Shown in pieces: positions 19,043 to 28,346 of a stretch of DNA of 64,000 nt. The notes under the pieces were generated by a model. The model saw only the letters and a program-made list of their open reading frames with translations. It made no database searches and had not been told where the DNA came from. The stretch covers positions 4,753-68,752 of the forward strand of contig JANOIQ010000027.1 of assembly GCA_031407835.1 (NCBI GenBank), given 5' to 3'. Source of the stretch: Chitinophagaceae bacterium (lineage in GTDB: Bacteria; Bacteroidota; Bacteroidia; Chitinophagales; Chitinophagaceae). Each line of letters starts with the position of its first letter. The stretch's first letter is position 1. The position numbers were made by a program, and so were the translations under genes.

Positions 19043-20254
19043 ATGAAAAGCGTTTTTTTAATTCTATCTATTCTGATCGGAACAGTTATTTCCTGCTCAA
19101 CAGCCACCTTATTGAAGGCTGATAAAGAGCTCAATTACTGCATCCGGCAGGTACAAAAAACATTAGGAAGCATCCGGGATTCTTCTCAGATTCCACGCAG
19201 TATAACGAATGGTAAAGCACAATGGCGTTTTGTCAACTATCGTGACTGGACCTGTGGTTTCTGGCCGGGCATCTTATGGTATAACTATGAATACAGTAAA
19301 GATGATAAATGGAAAGCAGAAGCAGAACGATATTCAAAAGCATTATTTCCATTAGTTGATTCAGCTGCTATAGATCATGATCTTGGGTTCCAGGTTTTTA
19401 CCAGTATTGGCAATGGCTACAGGCTCACAAAAAACCCTTTGTATAAAACAATATTGCTCAGAGCTGCTGATACGTTATCCAAATTATTCAATCCAAAAGT
19501 TGGAACGATCCTTTCATGGCCACGTTCTGTACCGGGTGTAGACTGGCCTTTGCATCATAATACAATCATGGACAACATGATTAACCTGGAACTGTTATTC
19601 TGGGCTTCAAAGAATGGCGGCAGTAAACATCTGTATGATATTGCGGTGAAACATGCAGAAACAACCATGCAGAATCATTTCCGTGCGGATTATACATCCT
19701 ATCATGTTGTCGTATATGATACGGCAACAGGAAAAAAAATAAAAGGAATCACACATCAGGGCTATTCTGACAGCAGCATGTGGGCAAGAGGACAGGCATG
19801 GGCGATATATGGTTTTACGATGGTGTACAGGGAAACAAAGGATCCGAAATTTCTGGAGTTTGCTCAAAAAGTAACTGATGTGTATTTGAAAAATCTGCCG
19901 GAAGATCTGATCCCTTACTGGGATTTTAATGCACCGGAAATTCCCAATGCACCAAGAGATGCGTCTGCAGCAAGTGTGGTAGCTTCTGCTTTGCTGGAAC
20001 TCTCAACGTTTGTATCAGATAAAGTAAAAGCAGAAGAATACAGAATGAAAGCTGAAATAATGCTGACTTCACTGTCTTCAGAAAAATATCAGAGCAGGAA
20101 TGTGAACAGCATGTTTCTGTTGCACAGTACCGGGCATAAACCTAACAATGGAGAAGTAGATGCTTCAATTATTTATGCCGATTATTATTATGAAGAAGCA
20201 CTGTTACGGTTGAAAAAATTACAGGAAGGGAAAAATATTGATCAAAATCTCTGA
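19043..20254 (+). CDS. GH88 unsaturated glucuronyl hydrolase (lipoprotein)
   Basis: WTCGFWPG, HDLGF, TIMDNMINL, HQGYSDSSMWARGQAW, WDF, YADYYY. Confidence 0.93.
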   Translation: MKSVFLILSILIGTVISCSTATLLKADKELNYCIRQVQKTLGSIRDSSQIPRSITNGKAQWRFVNYRDWTCGFWPGILWYNYEYSKDDKWKAEAERYSKALFPLVDSAAIDHDLGFQVFTSIGNGYRLTKNPLYKTILLRAADTLSKLFNPKVGTILSWPRSVPGVDWPLHHNTIMDNMINLELLFWASKNGGSKHLYDIAVKHAETTMQNHFRADYTSYHVVVYDTATGKKIKGITHQGYSDSSMWARGQAWAIYGFTMVYRETKDPKFLEFAQKVTDVYLKNLPEDLIPYWDFNAPEIPNAPRDASAASVVASALLELSTFVSDKVKAEEYRMKAEIMLTSLSSEKYQSRNVNSMFLLHSTGHKPNNGEVDASIIYADYYYEEALLRLKKLQEGKNIDQNL

Positions 20255-20263
20255 TGAAAATAT

Positions 20264-22165
20264 ATGCGAAGACTTATTTACATAGTTGCTTTATTTAGTA
20301 CAATGGTGAATGCTTTTGGGCAGGAAGTAATTGACTCAACAAGAACATCTGTTGTATCCCCTGACAAAAATTATACTGTTTCCTTTTATCAAAGGAAATA
20401 TGCCGACGGTATAAGAACGATGTTTTATAAAGTGGATTTTAAGGGACAGTCAGTGATTAGTGAATCTGCTTTGGATATTCAGCTGGATAATAATCTCTCA
20501 GAACGGGCAATGGCTTTAAAAGTTGATCAGCATAAGAAATGGTGTGAGAATTTAGCAGTTAAAAAAATCATCCATTCCTCAGCAGATATTTCCTGGAAGC
20601 CTGTTTATGGTGAGAAAGCAGAGATCAGGGATCATTATAATGCAGCCAGCATTGAAATGGTAAAAGATGACAATCCTATCTACCTGGTAAATGTGGAGAT
20701 CCGTGTTTATAATGAAGGTGTGGCGTTACGTTTTTTCTTTCCTGAAAACAGTAAAGGAACTTATTACCGTATCATGAGTGAGAATACTGAGTTCAGTCTT
20801 CAACAGGGTACAAAAGCATGGCATCATTCATGGGCACAGGCGCCCTATAAATTGGTTGATTTAAATAACTGGGCTGATGAAAGTGAACGCCCATTGACCC
20901 TGCAGTTGCCAAATGGCTGGTATGCTTCCTTTGCAGAAGCGCAGATGGTTGACTATGCCAGGACAAAATTTAAACTGAGTAAAGAAAAACCAAATACGAT
21001 TGTTACATCAATGTATACTCCTGCCGATTTGATTTCTCCATTCGCAACTCCATGGAGAGTAATTATGGTGGGAGAAAAACCAGGCAATTTAATCGAAAAC
21101 AACAGTATTATTCTTAATCTGAATGCTCCATCAAAAATAAAAGATACGAGATGGATTAAACCCGGCAAGGTTATGCGGGTAATGACACAAACAACAAAAG
21201 ATGCTTTTGAAAACATCGACTTTGCTGCAAAGCATAAACTGCAATATATTTTGTTCGATTGGAAATGGTATGGTCCTGCGTTCAGCTTTACTTCTGATGC
21301 TACGAAGGTGGCTATCCCCAATTTTGATTTGCCCGCCATAATAAAGTATGGTAAGCAAAAAGGAGTGGGTGTTTGGCTTTATTGTAACCTGCAGGGCTTG
21401 TATTCCCAGTCTGACTCATTATTTGCGGTGTATAAAAAATGGGGAGTAAAGGGAGTAAAGTTTGGTTTTGTGCAGGTGGGGTCGCACCGATGGACAACAT
21501 GGATTGAGGAAATGTTTAAGAAGGCAGCAGAAAATGAAATGATGGTGAATGTGCATGATGACTGGAGACCAACAGGTGAACAAAGGACATGGCCGAATTT
21601 AATGACTGCTGAAGGTATCCGTGGAAATGAAGAGATGCCTGATGCAACTCATAATACTGTTTTACCTTTTACAAGATATATAGCGGGAGCTGCTGATTAT
21701 ACTATTTGCTACTACGACAAGCGAATCAAAACCACACATGCACATCAACTTGCTTTAGCTGCTATTTATTACAGCCCGATTCAGACTTTGTACTGGTATG
21801 ATAAACCGGCATTAAGTGAGAACGAGCCTGAATTGGAGTTTTGGGATAAAATACCCACATCATGGGATGAAACAAAAGTAATACAGGGGGTGCCCGGTGA
21901 GTTTATCACTACGGCAAGGCGTAAAGGGAGTGATTGGTTTGTTGGAACAATAACCAACAATCATGAACGGACAGTTCAATTGAAATTTGATTTTTTACAT
22001 AAAGGGAGAAAATATACCGCAAGTATTTACAGTGATGATGATACCGTTTCAACAAAAACAAAAGTAAAAGTGGAGCGTGCAATTGTTACTTCTGCAACAG
22101 TATTGGATGTAAAACTAAATGCCTCTGGTGGGCAGGCGATTTGGTTGACTCCACTAAATCAATAA
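20264..22165 (+). CDS. GH97 family protein (non-canonical catalytic motifs)
   Basis: TPWRVIM, WIKPGK, VNVHD, EGIRGNE, LPFTR, DYT motifs. Confidence 0.9.
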   Translation: MRRLIYIVALFSTMVNAFGQEVIDSTRTSVVSPDKNYTVSFYQRKYADGIRTMFYKVDFKGQSVISESALDIQLDNNLSERAMALKVDQHKKWCENLAVKKIIHSSADISWKPVYGEKAEIRDHYNAASIEMVKDDNPIYLVNVEIRVYNEGVALRFFFPENSKGTYYRIMSENTEFSLQQGTKAWHHSWAQAPYKLVDLNNWADESERPLTLQLPNGWYASFAEAQMVDYARTKFKLSKEKPNTIVTSMYTPADLISPFATPWRVIMVGEKPGNLIENNSIILNLNAPSKIKDTRWIKPGKVMRVMTQTTKDAFENIDFAAKHKLQYILFDWKWYGPAFSFTSDATKVAIPNFDLPAIIKYGKQKGVGVWLYCNLQGLYSQSDSLFAVYKKWGVKGVKFGFVQVGSHRWTTWIEEMFKKAAENEMMVNVHDDWRPTGEQRTWPNLMTAEGIRGNEEMPDATHNTVLPFTRYIAGAADYTICYYDKRIKTTHAHQLALAAIYYSPIQTLYWYDKPALSENEPELEFWDKIPTSWDETKVIQGVPGEFITTARRKGSDWFVGTITNNHERTVQLKFDFLHKGRKYTASIYSDDDTVSTKTKVKVERAIVTSATVLDVKLNASGGQAIWLTPLNQ

Positions 22166-22187
22166 CAAGAGTTAAAAAAATATTCTG

Positions 22188-24521
22188 ATGAGGTTTGTGT
22201 GTAAATTAATTTTTGTTTCGTTAGCTCTGTTCTTTAGTCAAAGTGAAGTATCAGCACAGAGTACCGGCCATTCATATCTTGATCAGATTGAATTCGGAAA
22301 TACTATATCAGAAAATACACATCAATTTACCGATGGTGGAAGTCGGATTGTTCATGGAGGTTTAAACGAACCGGCCCGAATCTTATTAGCACCTGTAACA
22401 CCATCGTGGAGCGGGGGAAAAATGTCGTTTGTAATTAAAGTTGACCCTGATAAACAAAACTATATCACAACCCGTTTTTGGGGAAACGATGTGAATCATA
22501 ACCTGCTTTATTTTGTTTGTGGAGATAAGATGATTGGGTCTCGCCATTTGGGTGATGTTGATTTGTTAGATCTGGGTTCTGATTTCCCATTTTACAACGA
22601 CCGTTTTTTTTATAAAACATCACCATTGCCTTTGTCTTTAACAAAGGGTAAAACTGAGCTGCGTTTTGAAATCCGCAGCCAGGGTCCCATTTGGGGTTAT
22701 GGAACCAATTGGGAGCAATACCAGAAAGACATGAAAGAGGTAACAAGAGGAATCTATAAAGTATATACACATACAGATGGATGTTTTTATCCTGCTCAGG
22801 AAGAAAAGCAAGGTATTCCTCCTGCAGAAGTAAAACGCAAAGGCCCTGGTGCAGAAGTGTTGGAAAGAGTTAAGTCAAGGGTTAACGACGAGATCAATAA
22901 GCTTAGAAAAAGTACTTCGCCTTTAAATCAGATGCAAATGCAGTTTTTAGCAAAAGCATATTGGATTAAATGGACTTATGCTTATAAAGATAAAGAAGTG
23001 CTTTACCAGGTGCTGAATGCATTAGATGAACTTTATGTTGCGTTTAAAAGCAATCCTAATCTTGCATACAATGATCGTGCAACTCCAAATCCTGATTGGT
23101 TTGGCTTCGGGCCTTCTGCCTGTGCAGTGAATTTGTTATATGATGAGATAAAAAAGAAAATGGATGATAAAATTGATGATGGGTTTGGTCATAAAGTTTC
23201 ACGCAGAGAAGCCTTGACTGATATGTTTCTTACATCCCGTAAAATGAATCAGAAAACAAGACGTCAATATACCAATCAAACCATGATCAAGGATTTGTAT
23301 GGTATTTATTATTGTAATAAAGGATTACAGGTATTAGGTTCAGATAGTGCATTCACTGAGCCGGAAGCTTTAAGATATCTGTATGAAGCAGTGGGGTTGC
23401 AACCCTGGCTGGGAAGTGATGGAGTAGATGGCAAACCAACTTTTTCACAGGGAAAAAATTACTGGCAGCTAACAGAAAAGGGACTGACAAAGGAATTGGG
23501 TTTTGTTGGTAATTATGGCGAAGTAATAGACTGGTGTGTAGAAATATATGATGCAACAAGGCCTAAACCCGGTATGCCGGGAGATGAAAAAATTAAAAAT
23601 CAAATCGACCGCATAGCATTGGCCCGTTCTTATTTTCGTTACCCTATGCCGGATGATGATAAATTTAAAGCAATGCGGCAGGAAGTAGTTGTTGGCTGGA
23701 GGGATACACATTATCCAGGCGATGTAACCTATGCACAACGTCCATCATGGGACGGTGGCCCTTTGCAGATTGTGGCAGCTGCACTTAATCCAAAATTGAT
23801 TGGTTTTGCCCAGCAGATGCTGAATGATAATCAATTTTTTTATACACTTGAACAGCGTATGAAGGATAATGGGTTTAGAGTAACACATGGATTATTACCG
23901 GTACCTGAGCAATATGAAATTGTAAAGGCTCAAAAGCCTTCCGGGTATAAACTTCCTATGACATGGGATCAGTCTGATTTTGTTTTCAGTGATGAAGAGG
24001 ATGGGGTAATAGCTATAAAAAACGGACAGGAAATTGTGTACGCTTCACTGTATTGGAGGGCAAGAAATGCTGTGAATAACCTTGGGAGGGTTCATGCCAT
24101 TACGCCCAATTACGACAGGGTAAGCACGGTATATATTGAAGAGAAATTTGATAGCAGCGGTTTGTTTTATTCTGTTCCCGATTATACAAATATGGCCTTT
24201 GGTAACGGAGGATTAAAATACCCTGATAGCTTACACCTGGCACACGCCGGTGAAAAATTAGCTATCGCAAAAATGCCATCCGGGATTACTTATAAAACAG
24301 GGCAGGAACATCCTCTGGCTGGCAGGGCAAATTTTTATAAAATGCAATTTGGTCATTACATCATTGCTATGAATGCTTCAAAAGATAAAACATTTGCATT
24401 GACAGTTCCTGATGATTTTGCAGGGGCTGTGAATTTGGTGACAGGAGAAAAGGTTAATAAAAAAACAATAACAGTTTCTGCTACCTCAACAGTAGTGTTG
24501 TATAAAAACAATAACCAGTGA
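22188..24521 (+). CDS. Secreted hypothetical protein, candidate carbohydrate-active enzyme
   Basis: 777-aa ORF with signal peptide inside the PUL; no family confidently recognised. Confidence 0.75.
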   Translation: MRFVCKLIFVSLALFFSQSEVSAQSTGHSYLDQIEFGNTISENTHQFTDGGSRIVHGGLNEPARILLAPVTPSWSGGKMSFVIKVDPDKQNYITTRFWGNDVNHNLLYFVCGDKMIGSRHLGDVDLLDLGSDFPFYNDRFFYKTSPLPLSLTKGKTELRFEIRSQGPIWGYGTNWEQYQKDMKEVTRGIYKVYTHTDGCFYPAQEEKQGIPPAEVKRKGPGAEVLERVKSRVNDEINKLRKSTSPLNQMQMQFLAKAYWIKWTYAYKDKEVLYQVLNALDELYVAFKSNPNLAYNDRATPNPDWFGFGPSACAVNLLYDEIKKKMDDKIDDGFGHKVSRREALTDMFLTSRKMNQKTRRQYTNQTMIKDLYGIYYCNKGLQVLGSDSAFTEPEALRYLYEAVGLQPWLGSDGVDGKPTFSQGKNYWQLTEKGLTKELGFVGNYGEVIDWCVEIYDATRPKPGMPGDEKIKNQIDRIALARSYFRYPMPDDDKFKAMRQEVVVGWRDTHYPGDVTYAQRPSWDGGPLQIVAAALNPKLIGFAQQMLNDNQFFYTLEQRMKDNGFRVTHGLLPVPEQYEIVKAQKPSGYKLPMTWDQSDFVFSDEEDGVIAIKNGQEIVYASLYWRARNAVNNLGRVHAITPNYDRVSTVYIEEKFDSSGLFYSVPDYTNMAFGNGGLKYPDSLHLAHAGEKLAIAKMPSGITYKTGQEHPLAGRANFYKMQFGHYIIAMNASKDKTFALTVPDDFAGAVNLVTGEKVNKKTITVSATSTVVLYKNNNQ

Positions 24522-24564
24522 TAGTAAGATGATAGAGTATTATTAGATGATAAATTAAAAATTT

Positions 24565-25458
24565 ATGAAAGCAGATTACTTGATAGCAGGAGTTGACATT
24601 GGCGGATCTCACATTACCACAGGCCTTATTGATATGAATGATATAAAGCTTTTGAAAGAAACTGTAATTAGACGCAGGCTCAACAGTCAGGGATCTGCAG
24701 AAGAAATTCTGAAGGTTTGGATTGAAACTTTAAAGGATGTAATCGCTCAAAGTCCCGTCGAAATAACCAAAATTGGTTTTGCAATGCCCGGGCCCTTTGA
24801 TTATGAAAAGGGAATATGTCGCATCAAAGGGTTTAATAAATATGAAGCGCTTTATGAAATGAATATCAGAAATATTCTGTCAGAAGCTTTACAACTGGAA
24901 CCGGAAAATATCCTGTTTAGAAATGATGCTGAAGCTTTTCTGGATGGTGAATTACTTGGTGGTGCAGCAAAAGGTTTTCTGCATGCCATTGGAATTACGT
25001 TGGGGACAGGTTTAGGATCATCGATAAGTCATAATGGGATTACTGTTGATGCTGAATTGAGTGTAACAAATTACCAGGGAGAAATCATTGAGGAGTTTGT
25101 GTCCACCCGGGGACTGTTAAGGACTTACAAAGAATTGACCGGTAAAATGCTGAAAGAAGCAAAACAAATTTCTGATCGGTATGAAACAGACATTGATGCA
25201 AGGAAAACTTTTTCAATATTCAGTCAGGATCTATCCTGGTTTCTGCAAAAATTTATTTCGCAGGAAAATCCAGATGTGCTTGTAATAGGTGGAAACATTA
25301 TCAATTCCTGGGATTTGTTTATGAATGATGTAATAAAACATCTTGAGTTTACCGTTACAAAGATGCCTGTTATTGTAAAAGCACTATTAGGGGAAGATGC
25401 TGCACTGATTGGTGGAGCCTGCAATTTTCAGGATCAGGCGGTACATATTGAAAAGTAA
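24565..25458 (+). CDS. ROK-family sugar kinase
   Basis: GVDIGGSH, GFAMPGPFD, NDAEAF, TLGTGLGS, VIGGNI, AALIGGA. Confidence 0.92.
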   Translation: MKADYLIAGVDIGGSHITTGLIDMNDIKLLKETVIRRRLNSQGSAEEILKVWIETLKDVIAQSPVEITKIGFAMPGPFDYEKGICRIKGFNKYEALYEMNIRNILSEALQLEPENILFRNDAEAFLDGELLGGAAKGFLHAIGITLGTGLGSSISHNGITVDAELSVTNYQGEIIEEFVSTRGLLRTYKELTGKMLKEAKQISDRYETDIDARKTFSIFSQDLSWFLQKFISQENPDVLVIGGNIINSWDLFMNDVIKHLEFTVTKMPVIVKALLGEDAALIGGACNFQDQAVHIEK

Positions 25459-25524
25459 AAATTATTCTGTTAATATAAACGCCATAGGTTACTAAAATAA
25501 ATTAATCAATTTTAAATAGTCAAT

Positions 25525-26913
25525 ATGCAAACGATCGCTTCCCCCGGAAATCAATCTGCCAAAGGCGGTATCAGTCTTTTCGGAATTTCTCTAACTGCTG
25601 CTTTAGCCGGATTTATCTTCGGCTTTGATACAGTTGTAATTTCCGGGGCTAATCTTCCCATTAAAGAGCTATGGCATACTTCACCATGGTTTCATGGGTT
25701 CTTCATTATGAGTATGGCTTTATGGGGAACTGTAGTGGGTTCTGTTTTTGGAGGTATTCCTACCCAGAAATTCGGACGTAAAAAAGTATTACTGTGGATC
25801 GGGATATTATTCAGCATTTCTGCTTTCGGTTCAGCGTTGGCTCAAGATCCTTATACATTTTCTTTTTTCCGGTTTATTGGAGGATTAGGCATTGGTGTTT
25901 CATCAGTTGCAGCACCAACTTATATTTCAGAAATTTCTACACCAAAAACAAGAGGTCGTCTTGGAGCGATGTACCAGTTCAATATTGTGTTTGGTATTTT
26001 GATTGCTTTCTTATCCAATTATTTTTTTGAAGGGATGGGTGGTGAAAATGACTGGCGCTGGATGCTGGGTATTATGGCTGTTCCGTCTTTGATTTATACA
26101 ATTATGGTTTTCAGAATTCCTGAAAGCCCACGTTGGTTATTGTCAATTAAAAAGGATATTGTTGCAGCAAGAGATGTTATGATCAGGCTTGGTGTATCAA
26201 ATCCTGATGAAGAGATTGCTACTGTAGTAAAAAGCAACGAACATGAAACAAAGTCAGGACATAGTTCAAATTTTTTCAGTTCAAAATACAAAACAGTTAT
26301 CTGGCTGGCATTTATGGTTGCTTTCTTCAACCAGTGGAGTGGCATCAATTTCATTTTATATTATGCACCTGAAATTTTGGAAAGAGCTGGACTTGCTGCT
26401 AAAGATTCTCTGTTCAATTCTATCGCAATTGGCGGTACCAATTTGCTGTTCACCTTCGTTGGTTTGTATTTGATTGATAAAGCAGGAAGAAAAACTTTAT
26501 TAATTATCGGTTCAATCGGATATATCATCAGTCTTGCATTGGTGGCATGGTCTTTTTATTCAGGGGCAAGCGCAGAATTTCTGTTATTATTCTTATTGGT
26601 ATTTATCGCTTCACATGCAGTAGGGCAGGGGGCTGTGATCTGGGTATTTATCTCAGAAATATTTCCGAATAAAGTACGTGCAACCGGTCAATCATTTGGT
26701 GCCAGTGTTCATTGGGTATTTGCGGCCATCATCACCTTAATTACTCCTGCTTTTCTTGACAAAGACAATGGAATCTTTAAAGATAATCCTTGGCCCATTT
26801 TTGCCTTTTTTGCTTTTATGATGGCTTTACAACTGGTTTGGGTATTAACAAAAGTTCCTGAAACGAAAGGGGTATCATTGGAAGATCTTGAAAAAAAATT
26901 AATTAAAGAATGA
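25525..26913 (+). CDS. MFS sugar porter (XylE/AraE-like)
   Basis: FGFDTVVISG, FGRKK, PESPRW, PETKGVSLE motifs, about 12 hydrophobic segments. Confidence 0.95.
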   Translation: MQTIASPGNQSAKGGISLFGISLTAALAGFIFGFDTVVISGANLPIKELWHTSPWFHGFFIMSMALWGTVVGSVFGGIPTQKFGRKKVLLWIGILFSISAFGSALAQDPYTFSFFRFIGGLGIGVSSVAAPTYISEISTPKTRGRLGAMYQFNIVFGILIAFLSNYFFEGMGGENDWRWMLGIMAVPSLIYTIMVFRIPESPRWLLSIKKDIVAARDVMIRLGVSNPDEEIATVVKSNEHETKSGHSSNFFSSKYKTVIWLAFMVAFFNQWSGINFILYYAPEILERAGLAAKDSLFNSIAIGGTNLLFTFVGLYLIDKAGRKTLLIIGSIGYIISLALVAWSFYSGASAEFLLLFLLVFIASHAVGQGAVIWVFISEIFPNKVRATGQSFGASVHWVFAAIITLITPAFLDKDNGIFKDNPWPIFAFFAFMMALQLVWVLTKVPETKGVSLEDLEKKLIKE

Positions 26914-28343
26914 ACAAGCTTAACAAAATAGTATTACTCAGTTTTTTATTTGCATTACACTTTAGTGTATCTGCTCAACAACTTGTGGTGTATCCTGCTC
27001 CTGTTGATGATACCGATTCAATGCATAATGCCGATTTTTCTGTACAGGTACGAAAGCCTGGCGGGCAATGGAAAGATCTGTTTGAATATAATTTAAAAGT
27101 GGATGAGGTAAAAGGAACAGATCATCATGTTGAAAATGCTTCGATGTGCAGCTTTGATTTTTCAGGTGAAGTAGAGGTTGCAATAACAAGTAAGAGGGCA
27201 GCTGTGAAAAAAGTAAAGGTCAGGCCGCTATCTTATGATATTAAGTATGAGGTAAATGGCAATACTGTTTATTTCCGGTTGTCGCAACCCCGTAATTTAT
27301 CTGTTGAGATCAATGATGATATTTTTCATAACCTGCATTTGTTTGCAAATCCAATCGATTCGTTTGTAGTGAACAAGAAGGATTCAAACCTCATTTACTA
27401 TGGGGCAGGTGTGCATAAGATCGATGGAGGTAAAAAATACATTCCATCTGGCAAAACGGTATATATAGCAGGAGGCGCTGTGTTGATGGGACAGCTACTG
27501 GTGGAAGGAGTGCATGATGTGAAGATACTTGGTAGAGGTATGATTGATCCTTCGGTAAAAATGGGTGTGCATATTGCCAATTCAAAACGAATTACGGTTG
27601 AGGGCATTTGTCTTACGCAATGTGCAACAGGAGGATCAGATAGTGTAACCATCAGAAATGTGAAAAGTATCAGCTATTATGGTTGGGGCGATGGATTGAA
27701 TGTTTTTGCAAGTAATAATGTTTTGTTTGATGGCGTGTTTTGCCGTAATTCTGATGACTGCACAACGGTTTACGCAACACGAAAAGGTTTCATTGGTGGT
27801 TGCCGTAACATTACAATGAAAAATTCAACGCTATGGGCAGATGTTGCTCATCCTATTATGATCGGTCTGCATGGAAATACACCTAATCCCGATTTGATTG
27901 AGAATTTGCTATACAGCAATATCGACATACTCGACCATAAAGAGGCGCAGGTTGACTATCAGGGTTGTATGGCAATAGAAGCCGGCGATAACAACCTGGT
28001 AAGAAATGTGGTCTTTGAAAACATACGGGTAGAAAATTTCAGGCAGGGACAATTATTAAACCTTCGCATTGTATTCAACAAAAAATATTGCACCTCACCT
28101 GGAAGAGGAATTGAAAATGTTTTGTTTAAAAATATTTCCTATAATGGAACAAATGCAAATATGTCAATTATAACAGGATACGATAGTTCACGACTGATAA
28201 AAAATATTGTATTTGAAAACTTGCTAATCAATGGGAAACCGATTTTCGATGATATGCCTGGTAAACCCAAATGGTACAAGACTTCAGATATGGCTGGCTT
28301 TTTTGTGGGGGAACATGTGGAAGGAATTGAATTCAGAAAATAG
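26910..28343 (+). CDS. Beta-helix glycoside hydrolase, GH28/GH49-like
   Basis: Signal peptide; LFAN...YYGAGVH...VYIAGGA N-terminal region; WGDG...RNSDDC acidic cluster; repeated NxxFxNI rungs. Confidence 0.75.
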   Translation: MNKLNKIVLLSFLFALHFSVSAQQLVVYPAPVDDTDSMHNADFSVQVRKPGGQWKDLFEYNLKVDEVKGTDHHVENASMCSFDFSGEVEVAITSKRAAVKKVKVRPLSYDIKYEVNGNTVYFRLSQPRNLSVEINDDIFHNLHLFANPIDSFVVNKKDSNLIYYGAGVHKIDGGKKYIPSGKTVYIAGGAVLMGQLLVEGVHDVKILGRGMIDPSVKMGVHIANSKRITVEGICLTQCATGGSDSVTIRNVKSISYYGWGDGLNVFASNNVLFDGVFCRNSDDCTTVYATRKGFIGGCRNITMKNSTLWADVAHPIMIGLHGNTPNPDLIENLLYSNIDILDHKEAQVDYQGCMAIEAGDNNLVRNVVFENIRVENFRQGQLLNLRIVFNKKYCTSPGRGIENVLFKNISYNGTNANMSIITGYDSSRLIKNIVFENLLINGKPIFDDMPGKPKWYKTSDMAGFFVGEHVEGIEFRK

Positions 28344-28346
28344 GAA

